From Mobula hypostoma (Eukaryota): DNA of 64,000 nt. The notes beneath the pieces were generated by a model, which saw only the letters and a program-made list of their open reading frames with translations, ran no database searches and was not told the origin of the DNA. Of this stretch, positions 50,423-63,356 are shown one piece after another. The first letter of the stretch is position 1, and each line of letters starts with the position of its first letter. Where the stretch lies: positions 57,660,001-57,724,000 of the forward strand of contig NC_086116.1 of the NCBI RefSeq assembly GCF_963921235.1. Reading direction: 5' to 3'. A program made the translations under genes and the position numbers.

Positions 50423-50487
50423 CCCTCGAAACCTCCTTGAGCGCAAACGGCCACCAGCAGAGCCGAGAAAAGCAAAAGCTTCCTCAT
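50423..50487 (-). CDS. CPA2: CPA exon 1, signal peptide (MRKLLLFSALLVAVCAQGGFEG)
   Basis: accATG Kozak context, hydrophobic leader, |gtgagt donor, 65 nt. Confidence 0.88.
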
Positions 50488-51322
50488 GGTCAAGTCTAGA
50501 ACATAGAACAGAGACTTGTGGACAGACGCGAAGTCCCGGAAACATTTAAAGGGCGAGAGGAGAGGGACAGCCTCCTTGTCCGGAGATTAATGACTGACAT
50601 CAATCTACGAAAAGCTGGAGACATTCCCACACAATATGTTATGATATATTATATCAAAACTGTTGACTTTTCCAGGGGAAAAAACCCTAATGGTTCACAG
50701 TACCAATATACACCAACATAATGACTTGATGACGTACCAATAAATTGGACACATAGGGGTATACAATCAATTCATTCAGTAATGAATTGGGGTTACTGGA
50801 TTATCTGATAACAAATAATTACTGTATATAGCCGTGTGCCCCAGACAGCGGTGGCTTGCCTTCAGGCAGAGCTAGACTTTATTGGGGAGTGCTGGCAGGG
50901 TGTAAATGGGATTTTTAAGAGGATTAGGACAACTTTCTTGAATTCCGTCCAACAAAGTTGTGCGGACAGGAGTAGGAAGTCACAACACGAAACGGACCTT
51001 CCCTAGTTGCCCCTGAATTTACGCCAGTTATTCCTTTCAGAATCAACAATTGAATCAGGATTCATATATAATCTGAGCAGGATGGTATTCTGGGCCGAAC
51101 ATATTGATGCAATTGCAAAGGCAGCGGCTATATTTCATTGGGAGTTCGAAGAGACTTGCTTGGTAAATCACCAAAGATACTCGCAAATTTCTACAGATGT
51201 ATCGTGGAGAACATCCTGACTAGTTCAATCACCGTGTGGTGTGGAGGGGGTCACTGCACAGGATCGGAAACTCAGCCAGCTCCATCACGAGAACCGGCCT
51301 CCCCAGCACCGAGCACACCTTC

Positions 51323-52442
51323 TGTCACAATGGGGGGGGGGGCGTTGGGAACGGACCCAAATGCAAGACATGGACACTGAAATACAAGGAACAGGACCTG
51401 ACTAGAGTAGGGACGTGACAGGATACAGACAAGGAGCAGGGACAAGAAAGCAGACTTGGGCTAGGACACGGACAAGAAACAGGGAACCCAGACAAGGAAC
51501 TATGAGCTAGGAGCCTGGGCTTGGGCTCCGAGCCAGAGACTGGACAAGGACCCAGGACCTGGGTCTTGCCTCGGGCTCGGACCCCAGAATCAGGCAAGGA
51601 TATGACATGACTACAGGACAGGATGCGTCTGGGGTCTTGGCTCTTGGAATGCGGAGGCTGATAACTCGGAGGCTGGAGCTCAGAGACAGACTGGGAACTG
51701 TACATCAATATGGAGCCGGGACTTATCCTTCGAAAAGCCAAGACTCACCTTTAACACAACACCAACATGAGACAGGACAGTACATAGACATAGAGCCAGG
51801 ACTTATACTTATTCAAGCTGGGACTCAACTTCATCTCCACACCAAGGTGGGACAGGACCATCCGTCGGGTAATGGCAGAACGGCTGGACTTACTCTACAG
51901 AGGAAAAGACAGGACCACCCCGCAGGGCAACAGCAGAATGGCCTGACTTACTCCACGGAGGCGAGGACAAGAAGACACAAACACCAAATAATGACAGACA
52001 GTTCCATCTCTGCATCGGGGTTGCTCCAAGTCACAGTTCAGCCAGCAACCTCAGCTGGCTACGGAAACAGCCGGATCCCTACCTAGCTCAGAGTAGCTGA
52101 CAGCCACTCAGCTGGCCCGGGAAACAGCAGAATCCATACCACAAAGACAGTTCCAACTACTGACAGCAAGGCTCCATGAAGCGATGGCTCTCCAACACGG
52201 CCTAAAGATGGCAAATGGCCGCTCTAGCCTTCCACCAGCAGATTGCTCCCAGGAAATCTTGACAAGACAAACCAATAGCCCACAGTTGTCCCCAAGGCCA
52301 CTTATATTCCAAGCCCCAAGATGGGAATCAGGTGCCTATGATTAACTCAACCAAAACAAGGGACAGCTGGAAGACCCAGAGTTCTGAGTCCATGGACCGG
52401 ACCGTGAACTGGAATGCGGACTTCATGGACCGCATCATGACA
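51323..52442. mobile_element. Solo LTR, 1120 bp, inserted in a Rex1-like fragment
   Basis: TGTCA...TGACA termini, 5-bp TSD ccttc/tcttc; host sequence resumes across the insertion. Confidence 0.7.
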
Positions 52443-52714
52443 TCTTCAAAAGGTGATGCCTCAAAAAGGCAGCGTCCGTCATTAAGGACACCCATCGTCC
52501 TCTTCTCGTTGCTACCATCTGAGGTACTGACTTATGGTGTATTGTAGGTGTTGCATGGCAATATGAGATGAGAATTGCTAATAAACAATTTATTTCTGTT
52601 AATATGTCTTTATGTCATCACTATTGGGGAAATACAACAGTGAATTTTATTATAGAAATTTGTCGCGGAAGAATATTTTGCTTTTTTACTATAAGATTTA
52701 ATCACCTTTGTCCC

Positions 52715-54040
52715 TGTACCAAAAGAGACCAAGGTACCATGCCCGAACGACTGGCGTCCTTTCGCAATCACCTCAGTAATAAGCGAATGCTTTGGGAAGC
52801 TGGTCAAGGATTACATCTGCAGCTTGCTACCACCCACACTGGACCTCCTACAATTCGCCTACCAGCACAACCGATCGATAGACAACACAATAGCCACTGC
52901 TCTACATACTGTCCTTACACACCTGGAGAAGAAGGATGCTTATGTGAGAATGCTGTCCTTGGACAACGGTTCAGCATTCAACACCATAATTCCCTCCAGG
53001 CACAACAAGAAGCTCAGAGACCTCGGCCTTGACCCTGCCTTGTGCAGTTGGATCCTGGACTTCATGTCAGATCGCCGGCAGGTTGTAAGAGTGGGCTCCC
53101 TCACCTCCAACCCTCTATCTTTCGACACAGGAGCCCCTCAGGGCTGCGTACTGAGTCCCCTCCTTTACTCCCTGTATACCCATGACTGTGTCGCCACCCA
53201 CAGCTCCAATCTGCTAATTAAACTTGCTGACAATACGACATTGATTGGCCTTATCTCAAACCATAATGAGGTGGCCTACAGAGAAGAAGTCATCTCTCTG
53301 ACACAGTGGTGTCAAGAAAACAACCTCTCCCTCAATGTCGCAAAAACAAAGGAGCTGGTTGTGGATTACAGGAGGAATGGGGATGGACTGTCCTCTATTG
53401 ACATCAATGGATCTGGGATTGAGAGGGTGAACAGCTTTAAGTTCCTCAGCATCCACATCACCGAGGACCTCACGAGGTCTGTACACACCAGCTATGTGGT
53501 GAAAAAGGCACAACAGCGACTCTTTCACCTCAGATGGTTGAGGAAGTTTGATATGGGCCCCAAATCCTAAGAACTTTCTACAGGGGCACAATTGAGAGCA
53601 TCCTGACTGGATGTATCACTGCCTGGTATGGAACTGTACCTCCCTTAATCACAGGTCTCTGCAGAGAGTGGTGCGGACAGCCCAGCGCATCTGTAGTTGT
53701 GAACTCCCCATGATTCAGGACATTTACAAGGGCAGGTGTGTAAAAAGGGCCCAAAGGATCACTGGGGACCCAAGTCACCCCAATCACAATCTATTCCAGC
53801 TGCTACCATCCGGGAAATGGTACGGCAGCATAAGAGCCAGGACCAACAGGCTCCGGGACAGCTTCTTCCACCAGGCCATCAGACTGATGAACTCACACTG
53901 ATTTGAGTATACTCTATATTACATTGACTGTTCTATTTATTATAAATTACTATGATTTCATATTTAGATGGAGACGTAAGGTAAAGATTTTTATTCCCAT
54001 GTATGTGAAGGATGTAAGAAATAAAGTCAATTCAATTCCT
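52715..54040 (+). mobile_element. Rex1/Babar-type LINE, 5'-truncated, RT pseudogene
   Basis: LQFAY..NRS, SAFNTI, GAPQGCVLSPLLY motifs; catalytic FADD reads LADN; frameshifts; (aattc)n tail. Confidence 0.85.
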
Positions 54041-54130
54041 TCATTTAGGGTTCTTTTGGTGTTAGCGGAAAAGTCAATAACATTTGGGGTTAAGTGAATC
54101 ATTATTATTATATAGCCGTGTGCTGCAGCC

Positions 54131-57100
54131 TGCTTCCAAGATTGTCAAGCCGAGGGGTGGTAGTGGGTTCAAGCTCCTCACGGCATGCGCCTCAAATAGC
54201 CTCTGACAACCAAGTCCAACTCCCGGCCTTCTCGTGTGGTTTAACCTCCAAGCCCGGTGGAACTGTTTCTACTGATAGGAGAAGGGGCGAAGGCGGGTTC
54301 TGGCGCCTTAAAACCAGCGCTTCGGGTAGGTGGAGCTCGTCAGCCTGGGAAGACAGTCCATCTAAGAGAGGGAAACTCTGATTTCAAACCTCCGCTGCCT
54401 TGCGGCCATACCCACTGATAGGAAAGGCTTCGGGAGTAAACCCTGAGGCCAAATCCACAGCCGGAGACCCTAAGGCAGTCCGACATTGCCTTCAACCTCA
54501 TTCTGGCAACTCCTGCGACGACACCGGTGCCAAGCTGTATCGGCCCTTGCCCTTCCCTTGGACAACATCGGTGTTGTGGAGAGGGGAGACTTGCAGCGTG
54601 GGCAACTGCCGGTCCTCCATACAACCCTGCCCAAGCCTGCGCCCTGGAGAGGACACTCCAGCGTCGCCTCACCGCGACAGCACAACACGGAAAGCAGCAG
54701 TCTATCGGTTATAAGCCTGTGCTCGACTGGCGTAGAGCAAGGTGCCAGGGGTTGCTTTCGATGGAGAGAGAGACCGTTGCGTCTCACTGGACAGCTTCCC
54801 CCCGCCTCAAGCTGGGCAGCCCCCAGCCAGTTAGGGGCTGTCCCGCCACGGTCTGCCCGCTCCACGGGGTGCACGGGGCTTAGGGATACAAGTAGCCCGA
54901 ACCGCGGACTGTAAACGCTGCACCAAGCACAACTAGAAGACAAAGAAAGAAGCCAGCACTCAGACTAGGATGCTGGAATATATGGACCATGACAACTGGA
55001 ATATCAGATGACCTTCGGGAGGTCAGCAACACACGCAAGACAGCAGTGATTAACAACGAACTGTCGAGACTGGAAGTGGACATCGCAACACTCTAAGAGA
55101 CACGTCTCTGAGAATCGGGAACCCTATGTGAAAGAGACTATACCTTCTTCTGGCAGAGGAAGGGCTCAGACGAGACCAGAGAGCATGGTGTCGGCTTTGC
55201 CGTGAAGAACTCGCTGCTGAAGATGGTAGAGCCTAGCGAAAAAGGGACAGAGTGGATTTTCTCACTTTGACTCCACACATCCGACAGGCCTGTCAACCTT
55301 GTCAGCGTCTATGCCCCAACCCTCTACTCCACACAAGACGCAAAGGACAAGTTCTACGACCAGCTCTCAATGTTGATACAGGAGATCCCAAGTCAGGACT
55401 GGTTGCTGCTACTTGGCGACTACAACGCCAGAGTCGGCACCGACCACGACTCCTGGCCAAGCTGCCTGGGGCGGTATGGGATTGGCAGCATGAATGACAA
55501 CAGGCAACGACTGCTCGAGCTTTGCATGCTCCATGAATTGTGTGTTACCAACACCTACTTCCAGACCAAAGCTCAGTGCAAACTGTCTTGGTGGCATCCC
55601 CGCTCCAAACACTGGCACCAGCTAGACCTGATAATCACAAGACACCGTCAACTGAGAAACATGCTCATGACTCGCTCCTTTCAGAGTGCCGACTGCGACA
55701 CGGATCACTCTCTGGTTTGCTGCAAGATCAGCCTTCGGCCGAAGAAGATGCACTAGGCCAAGCCTCCAGCATCGATGCCAGTAAGACATAACACCCAGAC
55801 AAAGCTGCAGAGTTCATCAGGTCACTGGAGGATGCTCTCCTTGCAGACCCACCAGAAGGAGATGCTCAGCAGAGATGGGACTCTCTCAGGGACACTATCC
55901 ACAGCACTGCACTCAAGGCCTTCGGGAAGAGCTCAAGTAAGCTCACCGTTGTCATCGAGGTAAAGCGTGTTGCACTACTAGAGCACAAACTCCACCCCAC
56001 CCAGGCAACACTGCAAGCGCTAAGATCAGCAAGAAGCAAGGCCCAGGAAACAGCCAGGCGCTGTGCAAATGACGACTGGCTACAACTCTGCGAAAGCATT
56101 CAGTCATCATTTGACACAGACAACATCCGTGGAGTGTACGAGGGGATCAAGAAAGCCATCGGGGCAACCCAGAGCAAGACAGCACCATTGAAAACCATAA
56201 CAGGCGAGACCATCAATGACAAAGGCAAGCAGATGGAGAGATGGGTGGAGCATTACTCTGAACTCTTCTGCAGAGAAAACAGCATCTCGGACAGCGCGCT
56301 AGATGCCGTGGAAAGCCTGCCTGTCATGGAGGAACTTGATGCATTGCCGACTGCCGAAGAACAGAGTAAAGCTATCGACAGCCTGCCCTCTGGGAAGGCA
56401 CCAGGACTGGATGGCATTCCACCAGAGGCCATCAAGTGCGCAAAGGACGTCCTGTTAAACCACCTGCACGAACTACTGTGTCAGTGCTGGATAGAGGGAG
56501 CAATGCCGCAAGACATGAGGGTTGCAACATTGTCACCATATATAAGAACAAAGGGGACAGAAGCAAATGTAATAGCTACAGGGGAATCTCCTTGCTGAGC
56601 ATCGTTGGGAAGGTCTTCACCCTCGTGGTCCCGAACAGTCTGCAGAAAATAGCCGGAAGGGTATATCCCGAGTCTCAGTGCGGTTTCGGGTCAGAACACT
56701 CTACAATTGACATGATCTTCTCCGTTCAACAGCTACAAGAGAAATGCAGAGAGCAAAGACAACCACTCTACATCGCTTTCATTGACCTTACGAAGGCCTT
56801 TGACTTCGTGAGCAGAGACGGCCCGTTAGAATCCTCGCCAGAATTGGTTGCCCCCTGAGGCTCCTCAGGATAGTTCAGTCATTCCACACAGACATGAAGG
56901 GCGTCTTTCAGTTCGACGGCTCTTTTTCGGAGGCCTTCAACATCCGCAGCAGTGTGAAGCAGGGCTGTGTGCTTGCCCCCACCCTGTTTGGCATCTTCTT
57001 CGCAGTCATGCTGCAGCACGCCTTTGGAACATCAACTGATGGTGTCTACCTCCACACCAGATCGGACGGGAGGCTGTTCAGTCTGTCCTGGCTGAGGGCG

Positions 57101-58143
57101 AAAACCAAGGTTCGTGAAGTACTCATCAGGGACATGTTGTTTGCAGACGACGTGGCACTGGCAACACACTCTGAACAGCAACTGCAACGCCTCATGGACA
57201 GCTTCTCAAGAGCCTGCCAGGACTTCAGCTTGACCATCAGCCTGAAGAAGACCAACGTGTTGGGCCAAGGCGTTGAGCACACCCCTGCCATTACCATCAA
57301 AAACTACGAGCTGGAGATAGTTCATGAGTTTACATACCTTGGCTCCACCATCATGGACAGCCTCTCCCTAGACTCCGAGATCAACAGATGGATCGGACGA
57401 GCAGCCTCAACATTCGCCAGGCTGACAAAGAGAGTCTGAGAGAACAGAAAGCTGATAATGCACACCAAAGTTGCAGTCCACTGGGCCTATGGCCTCAGCA
57501 CACTGCTTTACAGCAGCAAGACCTGGAGCCTCTACTCCAGACAAGAGCAGCGTCTCAACACCTTCCACCTTCACAGCTTGAGACGCATCCTGGACATCAA
57601 GTGGACTGACTGAGTCACCAACAATGAGGTCCAGGCCCACGCCCAGATACCCTGCCTCTTCACCCTGCTCCAACAACGCCATCTCCGCTGGCTGGGCCAC
57701 GTACACCACGTGTCAGACGGGATGATCCCGAAAGACCTGCTGTACAGGGAACTGGCCTCTGGCAAGAGAGCACAAGGGCAGCCTCATCTTCGTTTCAACG
57801 ATGTCTGCAAGAGAGGCATATACTATAGTCACTGAAAATGAATGTTGAGAGGCAGGAGGACATCGCAAGTGATCGCTCTCGCTGGAGGCTGGAACTATGC
57901 AGAGGTCTAAAAAGAGGAGAAGAGAAGCTGAGGCTTGCTGCTGAAGAAAAGCGCACTCGTCGGAAAAACAGCACCAAGACAACACTGGAGGACAGCGCCT
58001 TCAAGTGCAGTCACTGCAGCTGAGACTGTCGCTCCCATGTGGCCCTCTACAGCCACGACAGATGCTGCTCTAACACAGACTGAAGCAAGACTTTCCAGGC
58101 GCAGATCCACGGTCTCGCGAGACTAACAGATGCCACCAACCAA
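54131..58143 (+). mobile_element. Full-length decayed RTE (BovB-like) LINE: APE and RT
   Basis: APE (GCWNI.T, LLGDYNARVG, TDHSLV) and RT (FIDLTKAFD, KQGCVLAP.LF, LFADD, FTYLGS) with many stops and frameshifts; 9-bp TSD GCTGCAGCC at 54122-54130 and 58144-58152. Confidence 0.9.
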
Positions 58144-58214
58144 GCTGCAGCCAGTAGCAGTTCGCCTTTGGCCTGCGGTAGTTGCTGGCAGGGCACAAAG
58201 AGAAGGTTTGTGAA

Positions 58215-58652
58215 GGTTTGAGGGTAGCAGACACCAACAGAATCAACAAACTCATTCGTAAGGCCAGTGATGTTGAGGGGATGGAACTGGACTCTCTCAC
58301 GGTGGTGTCTGAAAAGAGGATGCTGTCTAAGTTGCATGCCATCTTGGACAATGTCTCCCATCCACTACATAATGTACTGGGTAGGCACAGGAGTACATTC
58401 AGCCAGAGACTCATTCCACTGAGATGCAACACAGAGCATCATAGGAAGTCATTCCTGCCTGTGGCCATCAAACTTTACAACTCCTCCCTTGGAGGGTCAG
58501 CCACCCTGAGCCAATAGGTTGGTCCTGGACTTGTTTCCTGGCATAATTTACATATTACTATTTAATTATTTATGGTTTTATTACTATTTATTATTTATGG
58601 TGCAACTGTAACGAAAACCAAATTCCCCCGGGATCAATAAAGTATGACTATG
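58215..58652 (+). mobile_element. Rex1-like LINE 3' fragment (near-identical 3' end at 47250-47425)
   Basis: HPLH...SFLP.AIKLYN terminal motif; shared 3' UTR and (gactat) tail. Confidence 0.75.
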
Positions 58653-58659
58653 TTTTAAG

Positions 58660-58931
58660 CTGCAGCGCGGACTTGCGGTGGAATCTCCGGACTGCAGGTC
58701 CAGAACGCGGGCTAGGACGTGTAGTACATGTGTCCGGGCGGCAGAGGGAGCCCATGAGCAGCTCCGGCTCCCGCGTTTACCGCTGCTGTTCAAATCGCCC
58801 GGGCGACGCTGTCGTGACGTCTGCCAGCGGAAGCGTTCTTCACTTCCGGTGGCATGGCGATGAGTGTGGGGAGGAGAGGTCGCAGTTAAGTGAGTGAATG
58901 AATGAAAGGAAGGAGAGAGTGAAAGTGGGAG
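58660..58931 (+). promoter_or_regulatory. TMEM209: CpG island promoter and exon 1 of TMEM209
   Basis: CpG-rich; CRE-like TGACGTC, ETS-like CGGAAG/CTTCCGG; donors at 58890 (|gtgagt) and 58932 (|gtaagt). Confidence 0.65.
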
Positions 58932-59077
58932 GTAAGTTAGGAGGAGGGCAGAGGGAGGATGGAGAGAGTGAAGGTGAGCATGAAGGGAATGGAGAGGAGA
59001 TAGGAGGTGTGCATTGGGTAGGTCAGGCCATTGCTTCACACTAACGGCACCAGTTACCAGAGGGAATGGGGGGGGGG

Positions 59078-59795
59078 AATTGAGAGGGGTTTGCTGGCGA
59101 AACAGAGGGGCAGGAGGCATTATAATGGGCTTTTGTTTGGTTATGGGGGGATTGAGGGGGTTTGTTGGTGAAACAGAGGGGCAGGAGGCATTATAATGGG
59201 CTTTTGTTTGGTTATGGGGGGATTGAGGGGGTTTGCTGGTGAAACAGAGGAGCAGGAGGCATTATAATGGGCTTTTGTTTGGTTATGGGGGGATTGAGGG
59301 GGTTTGCTGGTGAAACAGAGGAGCAGGAGGCACTATAATTGGTTTTTGTGGGGTTATGGGGGTATTGAGGGGGTTTGTTGGTGAAACAGAGGAGCAGGAG
59401 GCATTATAATGGGCTTTTGTTTGGTTATGGGGGGATTGAGGGGGTTTGTTGGTGAAACAGAGGGGCAGGAGGCATTATAATGGGCTTTTGTTTGGTTATG
59501 GGAGGATTGAGGGGGTTTGCTGGTGAAACAGAGGAGCAGGAGGCACTATAATCGGTTTTTGTGGGGTTATGGGGGTATTGAGGGGGTTTGCTGGTGAAAC
59601 AGAGGGGCAGGAGGCACTATAATGGGCTTTTGTTGGGTTATGGGGGTATTGAGGGGGTTTGCTGGTGAAACAGAGGGGCAGGAGGCACTATAATGGGCTT
59701 TTGTTGGGTTATGGGGGGATTGAGGGGGTTTGCTGGTGAAACAGAGGGGCAGGAGGCACTATAATCGGTTTTTTGTTGGGTTTTGGGGAGGTTTG
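59078..59795. repeat. 71-bp G-rich minisatellite, 10 copies, TMEM209 intron 1
   Basis: Unit gagggggtttgctggtgaaacagaggggcaggaggcattataatgggcttttgtttggttatggggggatt. Confidence 0.95.
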
Positions 59796-60421
59796 TAATG
59801 GCTGGAGTTTCCAAGTGAGGGGACTGAGTAAAATATAAGATTTGATGAGGGTTTGAAGGGGATGTCTCTCTTGTAGGGGAATCTGGATTTAGGGGTTACA
59901 AAAATGAAGTCGAGGTGATTATTTTCCCCTCAAGTGAGTCATAAAAAATATAAGAATTAAGGATGACTCGCCCATTGAGTCTGCTTCTCTCATTAAGATC
60001 ATGACAGATCTAACCCTCTCGTAATGATTTTGATTCCCCTAATGTAAGGGGGAAGGAGGTGGTGGGACCTTGAAGCTGTTCCTCAGAGTGGATTGGAAGC
60101 AATGTTTTTGAATACAGAGGCAGAGGAAAGGACTCCTGATTTGGGGTGGGGGGGGGATGAAAGGTTAGTGAAAGACAGGATACAGAGGAGTCTAGGATAC
60201 TTTTTGATCAGCATGGTGGGATGGAGTGACTTATTTCTGCTGCTGACATGTAGGTATCAGTCTGGTGCAACTGAAGCCTCTATACTGAGCTGGGGAATGT
60301 CGCCCATTCCTGGGCTTTGTAGAACTGGAGTGTTTGTAACCAAAGCACACTTGCTGTTTGCTTGATTTATGAGCAACATCTGCTCAGAGTGATTGTGCTT
60401 GCAATCTCCAAGCACTTTGTC

Positions 60422-60785
<364 letters not shown>

Positions 60786-61196
60786 TAAGTCATTGTTCCT
60801 TTGCTTCTGGTTTTCTATTATAGCAAAAGACTTTATAATTTGGTGAATAAACTCTTCTGGTCGATCCTCACCAGCCAGGCCATGCTGGACAAGCCCAGGC
60901 ATCGTCCCTGAAGAAGATGGCAGAATTTGCCATCGAAGCGTTGGTTTTAGTTGACAGCTGTACCTGGCTGGAAGCCCAAGAAGACTTTATTCATCATATA
61001 CGCCAGGAAGGCACGAGATCCTTCTTCAGCTTTATAATTTACACAAAACAGAAAACAGTTACACTTCAGTTGCACTTTTCTCAATCTCTGGATATGTCAG
61101 GACAATGGAAAAAGTTCTGATGTGTATTAATTGTACCATGAGGTCAGCAGTTCTGCTCTGATATGTTATTTGAGGGAGATTATTACTTCAGGACAT

Positions 61197-62765
61197 ACAC
61201 TCAGTGACCACTTTATTAAAAAACCTCCCGGACCCCATAGAGTGCATGTTCATGGTCTTCTGCTGCTGTACGCCATCCGCTTCAAGCTTTGACAAGTTGG
61301 GCCCTTAGAGATACTCTTCTGCACACCACTGTTGCAACACGTGGTTATTTGTGTTACTGTTGCCTTCCTATAAGCTTGAACCAGTCTGGCCTTTTTCCTC
61401 CAACCCCTCTCAATAACAAAACAGTTTCGCCCGCAGAACTAGGAAGATTTGAGGAAGTAGAAGGGTGGGTTAGTAAGTTTGCTAATGATACAAAAGTTGG
61501 GGGTGTTGTGGATAGTCTGGAGGGTTTTCAGAGGTTACAGTGCGACATCGATAGGATGCAGAACTGGGCAGCTAGAGCTCAACCCAGATAAGTGTGAAGT
61601 GATTCATTTTAGTAGGTTAAATTTGAAGACAGTATAATATAAATGGTAAGACTCTTGGCAGTGTGGAGGATCTGAGAGATCTTGGGGTCCGTGTCCATAG
61701 GACACTCAAAGCTGCTGCACAGGTTGACAGTGTTGTTTAGAAGGTGTATGGTGTGTTGGCATTCATCAGCTGTGGGATTGAGTTCAAGAGTCGTGAGGTA
61801 ATGTTACAGCTATATAAGACCTTGGTTAGACCCCATTTGGAGTACTGTGTTCTGTTCTGATTACCTCATTACAGGAAGGATGTTAATGTTGTAGAGAGAG
61901 TGCAGAGAAGATATACGAGGATATTGCCTGGATTAGAGAGCGTGCCTTATGCAAATAGGTTGAGTGAACTTGGCCTTTTCTCCTTGAAGTGACGGAGGAG
62001 AGGTGACCTGATGGAGGTGTATAAGATGATGAGAGGCATTGATCATGTGGCAGCCAGACACTTTTTCCCAGGGCTGAAATAACTAACACGAGGGGGCCCA
62101 GTTTTAAGGTGCTTGGTACAAGGGGGATGTCAGAGGTAAGTTTTTCTCAGAGTGCTGGGTGTGTGAAATGCACTGCCAGTGAAGGTGGTAGAGGAGGATA
62201 CAATAGGGTCCTTTAAGAGGCTCTTGAATAGGTGCATGGAGCTTAGAAAAGTAGAGGGCTACATGCAAGGGAAATTCTAGACAGCTTCTAGGGTAGGTTA
62301 CATGGTCAGCACAACGTTGTGGGCCGAAGGGCCTGTAATGTGCTGTAGATTTTTTTTGTTCTATGTTCTAACTGCCGCTCACTGGACACTTTTGGTTCTC
62401 GCATGATTTTCTGTAAGCCTTAGGACAGAGGTTCTTAACCTTTTTTATGTCATGGCCCCTACCATTAACCGGGTCTGTGCACCCCAGATTGGGAACCTCT
62501 GCTTTAGAGATTATTGTGCAGAAAAATCCTAGGAGATCAGCAATTTGTAAGATACTCTTCCACCCTGTCTGGCGCCAACAATCATTTCATGGTCAAAGTC
62601 ACTTAGATCACATTTCTTCTGCATTCTGATGTTTAGTCTGAACAACAACTGAACCTCTTGACCATGTCTGCATGCTTTTATGTATTGAGTTGCTGCCACA
62701 TGATTGGTTGATTAGATATTTGCATTATCATGCTGGTGTAGCTAATGAAGTAGCCACTAAGTGTA
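61197..62765 (-). mobile_element. Tc1-derived relic hosting a CR1 insertion and a hAT MITE
   Basis: TIR-like ends tacactcagtgaccactttatt ... aatgaagtagccactaagtgta; same family as 700-1350. Confidence 0.7.
61441..62369 (+). mobile_element. CR1 LINE 3' fragment (RT end to (ttctatg) tail)
   Basis: SKFA.DTK.GG, LYKTLVRPHLEYC motifs; Tc1 host sequence resumes after it. Confidence 0.85.
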
Positions 62766-62802
62766 ATTTCCCTGCCCTCCCTCTCAATTACATCTATTTT
62801 AC

Positions 62803-63356
62803 TGTTTAACTCTCACCTCGGCTAGCGGCTTAATATAGGGGGATGATAGCCCCCCGGCCCGGCCAGACTTAGAAATCTCGTTTGGGTGGATGCTGCATGA
62901 TGTGTTCCCTGTTACAAATCAGTACCACAAGATAACAAACAGTATACAATATGCGATTAAAAAATTGACTATAATTTTAATAGTCTTAATTTGACTATAT
63001 GATTAGTAAAAAAAAAGAAAAATGGCCTATTCTCATGAAACAAGGTTGGAGCTCACTGATAAGGCCGCTCGTCAACCATCAACCCCCTCCGATCATCGCT
63101 GACCTTCAGACCCTCGCTCCAAGTCCACTGCTTCCGAGGTCTCCCAATTCTCTCCTCATCTCTCCCTGGCAAAAGACCCAGCGAATTCCCGGCTCCCAGA
63201 CACACAAGAAAGAACAACATCCTGCTCATTGGCCAACATGCCCCGTTATCTCTAGTCATAACCCAGACATTGCTGCTACAGAGAAACCATTACCTCAGCA
63301 GTGGAACATTACAGAGAAGCCAATACATTAGCAGTGAAATCTTACAGCGTGTTACA
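62803..63356. mobile_element. Probable solo LTR, about 554 bp
   Basis: TGT...GTTACA termini, imperfect 4-bp TSD ttac/ttat. Confidence 0.55.

Larger units (their letters stand above)
31000..50487 (-). other. CPA2: Pancreatic-type procarboxypeptidase A gene (CPA2-like), complete, 11 coding exons, 418 aa
   Basis: Exons of 65/82/135/99/102/102/111/91/200/85/185 nt splice in frame. Zn ligands (HARE, IHSYSQ), R127, NR145, Y248 and E270 are intact. I255 indicates A-type specificity; G253/S254/A268 and Cys210/Cys244 are CPA2-type. Exact paralog assignment needs phylogeny. Confidence 0.85.

Noticed and set aside
50612-50630. PTF1 (E-box + TC-box) pancreatic element upstream of CPA
   Set aside because: TTCCCAC is present but the E-box position reads AAGCTG, not CANNTG; too weak to call.
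52824-53570. Functional reverse transcriptase gene
   Set aside because: Catalytic motif reads LADN, there are frameshifts on both sides, and it is 5'-truncated.
50490-58660. SSMEM1 or a second CPA gene between CPA and TMEM209
   Set aside because: No recognisable exons; the interval is mostly explained by TEs.
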